The position numbers and the translations under genes were made by a program. The notes under the pieces are model-generated. The model worked only from the letters and a program-made list of their open reading frames with translations. It searched no databases and was not told the origin of the DNA. From the NCBI RefSeq assembly GCF_009914755.1, contig NC_060931.1: a DNA stretch of 64,000 bases, one strand, 5' to 3'. Of the stretch, positions 60,410 through 64,000 are shown piece by piece. How positions within the stretch are numbered: position 1 is the first letter of the stretch; each line of letters starts with the position of its first letter. The DNA comes from the human T2T-CHM13v2.0 reference genome, Homo sapiens.

Positions 60410-60674
60410 TAGGTTTGGTTACAACTTCCAAGTAATCAGCCAAACTTCTTTAAATAATTTCTGAATGGCCTCCAAATCCTGGATGAAACTTTATTCTGGT
60501 AGGACAAACATCTATATGTATCATATGGAACTATAAACCATTGTCAACTTTAACACACATTAGGTAGACTTTGGAGTTTCATAAGGAGAATCACTTAGAG
60601 CACAAGTCACACAGTAGTACGCTGTTGGTTATTTATTAAGCAGCGCTTCATTTTGTTTTTCGAGAGTCAGTATT

Positions 60675-60730
60675 TTCAAATTAGATTTTATATTCAAATT
60701 AGATTTCATATTCAAATTAGATTTCATATT
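60675..60730 (+). repeat. 18-bp minisatellite, three copies
   Basis: TTCAAATTAGATTT(T/C)ATA x3. Confidence 0.95.
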
Positions 60731-61649
60731 AAGATATGCATTTCCACCCTCTCTTGAAAAAATTGAGGATATGAAAACTTAGGACCCAGACTTCCTCATT
60801 ATAATAATTTGCAGGATCTGAGTATCTGAGATCTCTAAATTTTCAGCTCTTCATATCCCATCCAACTAGTTGGCCAGCATCATGAATTTTAGTGGCCTCA
60901 CAAACTCTTGTAAGCATTTCATGTTGTGACTTTTATGTAGATTCTAGATTCATGAAAATTCCCTAACTTAGAGCAAAGCTGATACAGAGCAAACTTTATA
61001 TTCTTTGCTCCTATTTGCAGAAAACCACAAAGTTACAAAAATTGGTACTATTCTTGAGTTTATAGTTTTCCATCTCCACAGGACCCAGCATTGATTTTAC
61101 CTTGTCTAGGAAACTCCCTTTACATTTTCTGGAAAGCCTGTTTCCAAAGCACACCCTATTATTTTATTTCCTTCTCTCCTACTTCAGTCTTTAAGGAGAA
61201 AACACCGTCTATCACAGAAGAACTCGCTCAACTTACCATCCTCCTGCTGCTGTACTTCCCTATTTCACTTCTTTCACTTCACAGCTCTGTGAAAGTTGGA
61301 CAACCCTTTGAAGAATTTTTAGCTTTTTATTTCTCAACAGCAATTGAAGCTACTATGCCAACCTCCTAATAACACAATTACTAAACTAGATCATGTAAAT
61401 AAGCACAGTGGTGGGCAGAGAAATGTGCTTTGCTTCATAGTGTCATTTAACTCCTCTGTGCCTGTCTTAGAGGATGGAAGTGTTTGACCCATCCACCTTG
61501 ATTCTCTCCAGTTTTTTCTTTCTATATAATCTACCTTATTTGATCTGTCACCTGAAATGTTGGTGCTCCATTGAATTCTGTTTGGTCCTTTTAAAAATCT
61601 TATTCCATTTTCCCAAGATTATCCCAGTCTTCCCCAAGGATTCTAACCC

Positions 61650-62300
61650 ACTTTCTGCATGCTGACGGTTCCATGTCTATACAAAAAAACTTCCTTTTTC
61701 ATAACTTCCTCGTGGGATTTGCACACTTGCATTCATCCTCCAGTCTACTGCCTGAGTAACATTCCTCAAGGCAAAACTGATCTGTCAAAAAATCTCTTTT
61801 GAATTTGGGCTAAATTATAGGATAAAGTCCAAGTTCATTAGATCACCACACGAAGATCTCTACAATAGGTGCACAACAATTATCTGTGTCATCTCTTCTA
61901 CCACCACACACACTGTGCTCTGCCATGCTGAATTTCTTATCCCTTCTCTGCTTATTCCAGCCCCTTTACAACTCTGTGCCTTTCACATGCTGTTCTTTTT
62001 TCTTGTATATAATTTATCTCCCTGCTTCCTGATATGAAATTTCTCCTTCTTTCTATAAGATCTAAGTAAAAATGTACTTCATGATGTAAACTTGCTAATC
62101 TCCACAATTAATGTAGTTGCACAGGTCTCTGGGTTTTCAGAGTAATTCTTAGTTTATTTACATTACTACACAGCCTCTATCCTCTCTCATTCTCAAAATA
62201 AACAGACTCACACTCTAGATTTTGAGATTCCTTAAGGGCAGAGACGGTGTTTCATATGTGAATTGTAAACACCTATTACGAACTTATTGTATGGTTGGAT
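61650..62300 (+). mobile_element. L2 LINE remnants
   Basis: TATAGGATAAAGTCCAAG, CTGTGCCTTTCACATGCTGTTC, CTAGATTTTGAGATTCCTTAAGGGCAGAGAC. Confidence 0.65.
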
Positions 62301-63254
62301 AGAGGTAATTACAATTCAGTTCAACAAAAATTTATTTTGTCCTGACTTTACTGTGTTAACTCTTCTAAATCTCCACAACAAGCATATGAGTTAGGAATCA
62401 TTAATGAAAATTTTAAAAATGAGGTTCAGTGAAGGTTTTAAGCTAAAACTCATAAATAGTTGAACTGGAATATTAATCTCCAAAGTACATGCTTTATCTA
62501 ATATACATACCTTATATTTTTGTCAGTAAATCTTTGTTGAGTTAGTGAATGACTAATTGAACAAATTAAAGTTTCCCAATAAATCTTTGCCAATTTTCGC
62601 AGTTAAATAGTAGGATAGTATGCACTGTAGTACTTCTTAAAAGTTTGAGATATATTAGCATTAGTTTGTTACTACATCTAATTTAATTCATTTTCTTTTA
62701 TTCTTAAAAATTAAAAAATGTTTCAGAGATTACTTCCCAAAAAGAATCTGGTTTGCCTATTGAACAATATATTTCACTCTGTTTCTTCAAAAACATACAA
62801 AAGTTCATAATTACATGTTTTAATATACTATTAAACCAAATGTAAAAAAAATTAAAATTAATGCCAACTAATACAAAGTTTTGTGTTTGTCATTCTATGT
62901 GTCTTTTAAGGTTATTATTACTAGCTTTATTTAGGTTTCAATTATTTTATTGTAAATCAGGTCACTGAAAAGCCAATCAATTATTTAAAAACACTTTATG
63001 GGGATTACTTTTAACAAGAGAAACTCTATTACTGTACTATATAGCATTAAATCTGTTTCAGTAATCATTTCATATTTCACATAGTTACAAGTACATTCCT
63101 TTATAGCTGCATTATAAAATGCTAATAACAATATCATTAATTAGTAATATATATTCATGGAAATTTAGTGACTTCAAGACCTATTTGGCTTCATATTTAT
63201 ATTGTCCTTTGGGACACATATTCCAGATCTAACATCACATACAGCTATAGATAG

Positions 63255-63410
63255 TGAGAATTAAACAGAACTATGAGATCATCTAGCTAACCCAATGCTT
63301 TTATGACAAAGAAAATGAGGACCAGAAAGTCTCACATACTTTGTCCAACATGATCACAAAAAGAAGATGACCAAGGATTAGAACTCAGTCCTTATACCCC
63401 TTAGTCAGTA
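63255..63410 (-). mobile_element. MIR3/MIR fragment
   Basis: GAGATCATCTAGCTAACCC, GAAAATGAGGACCAGA, GGATTAGAACTCAG. Confidence 0.55.
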
Positions 63411-64000
63411 AATTGTTTTCCATTTAAATTAATGTATATTTATTTTCCTTGATGAAATAACAAGAAAATTACTTGACAAAGACAGTTTACTCCAGATGCT
63501 AAATCTATTTTTCTTTTCTTGGTTTTCCTTTCTATGGTATTAGCCTTTAATACATTAATGCCACATAAATATCAACAGATTGGTCAAATCTGCTTAAGCA
63601 ATTAGTTTGACTAATTACATGACTAAATTATTGGTTAATAAGAGTGCCTAGTCAATTCATGTTTAAGTAACTAGTTAAATTGGTTGTTTGCTTATAAACA
63701 AATAACTTCACTGGTTGAGGAAATGTTTTATTTTGTATTCTATTGATTTGGTGCAGATTCCACTTCTGAATGAGAACGGAGTTAATTGTTAAGTGTGTCG
63801 TCATAAATTCATGACAACTTTTTTCACATAAGATCAAATGATCACTTTGACTTAATTTTCATCTTTCTCCTAGTAACTCTGGCATCATGTTTCCAAAGAA
63901 GATGATGTGTTCTGGGTTTCCTTGACTCCCTTCTGAAAGTTATCAAAAGAAAGGAAAGTTGATGGTGTTTGCTGCCTGAGAACTCAGGCCTTGAGGAGAC

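Overview
AT-rich, CpG-poor primate (very probably human) non-coding DNA, intronic or intergenic. I cannot name the locus. No ORF in the track is a credible host protein-coding gene: the longer ones come from Alu, L1, MaLR or ERVL remnants. Roughly 14-64 kb is a dense patchwork of transposon relics: about 16 Alus including a near-consensus AluYa5-type copy, old and young L1s, L2, MIR, MaLR/ERVL/ERV1 LTRs, two degenerate ERVL gag/pol pieces, hAT MITEs and a Y3 RNA pseudogene. By contrast, about 5.4-14 kb has no repeat I can recognise and contains a CpG-retaining, homeodomain/SOX-motif-dense segment (~9.7-10.3 kb) that looks like a conserved developmental enhancer. Other highlights are a tail-less internal L1 fragment with a templated duplication at its junction, a twin-primed inverted L1, a local 200-bp duplication in which only one copy carries an expanded TATC microsatellite, and several nested insertions. 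Repeat family names come from recalled consensus sequences, not from a search, and boundaries of old elements are approximate. I found no evidence for a wholly new biological system.
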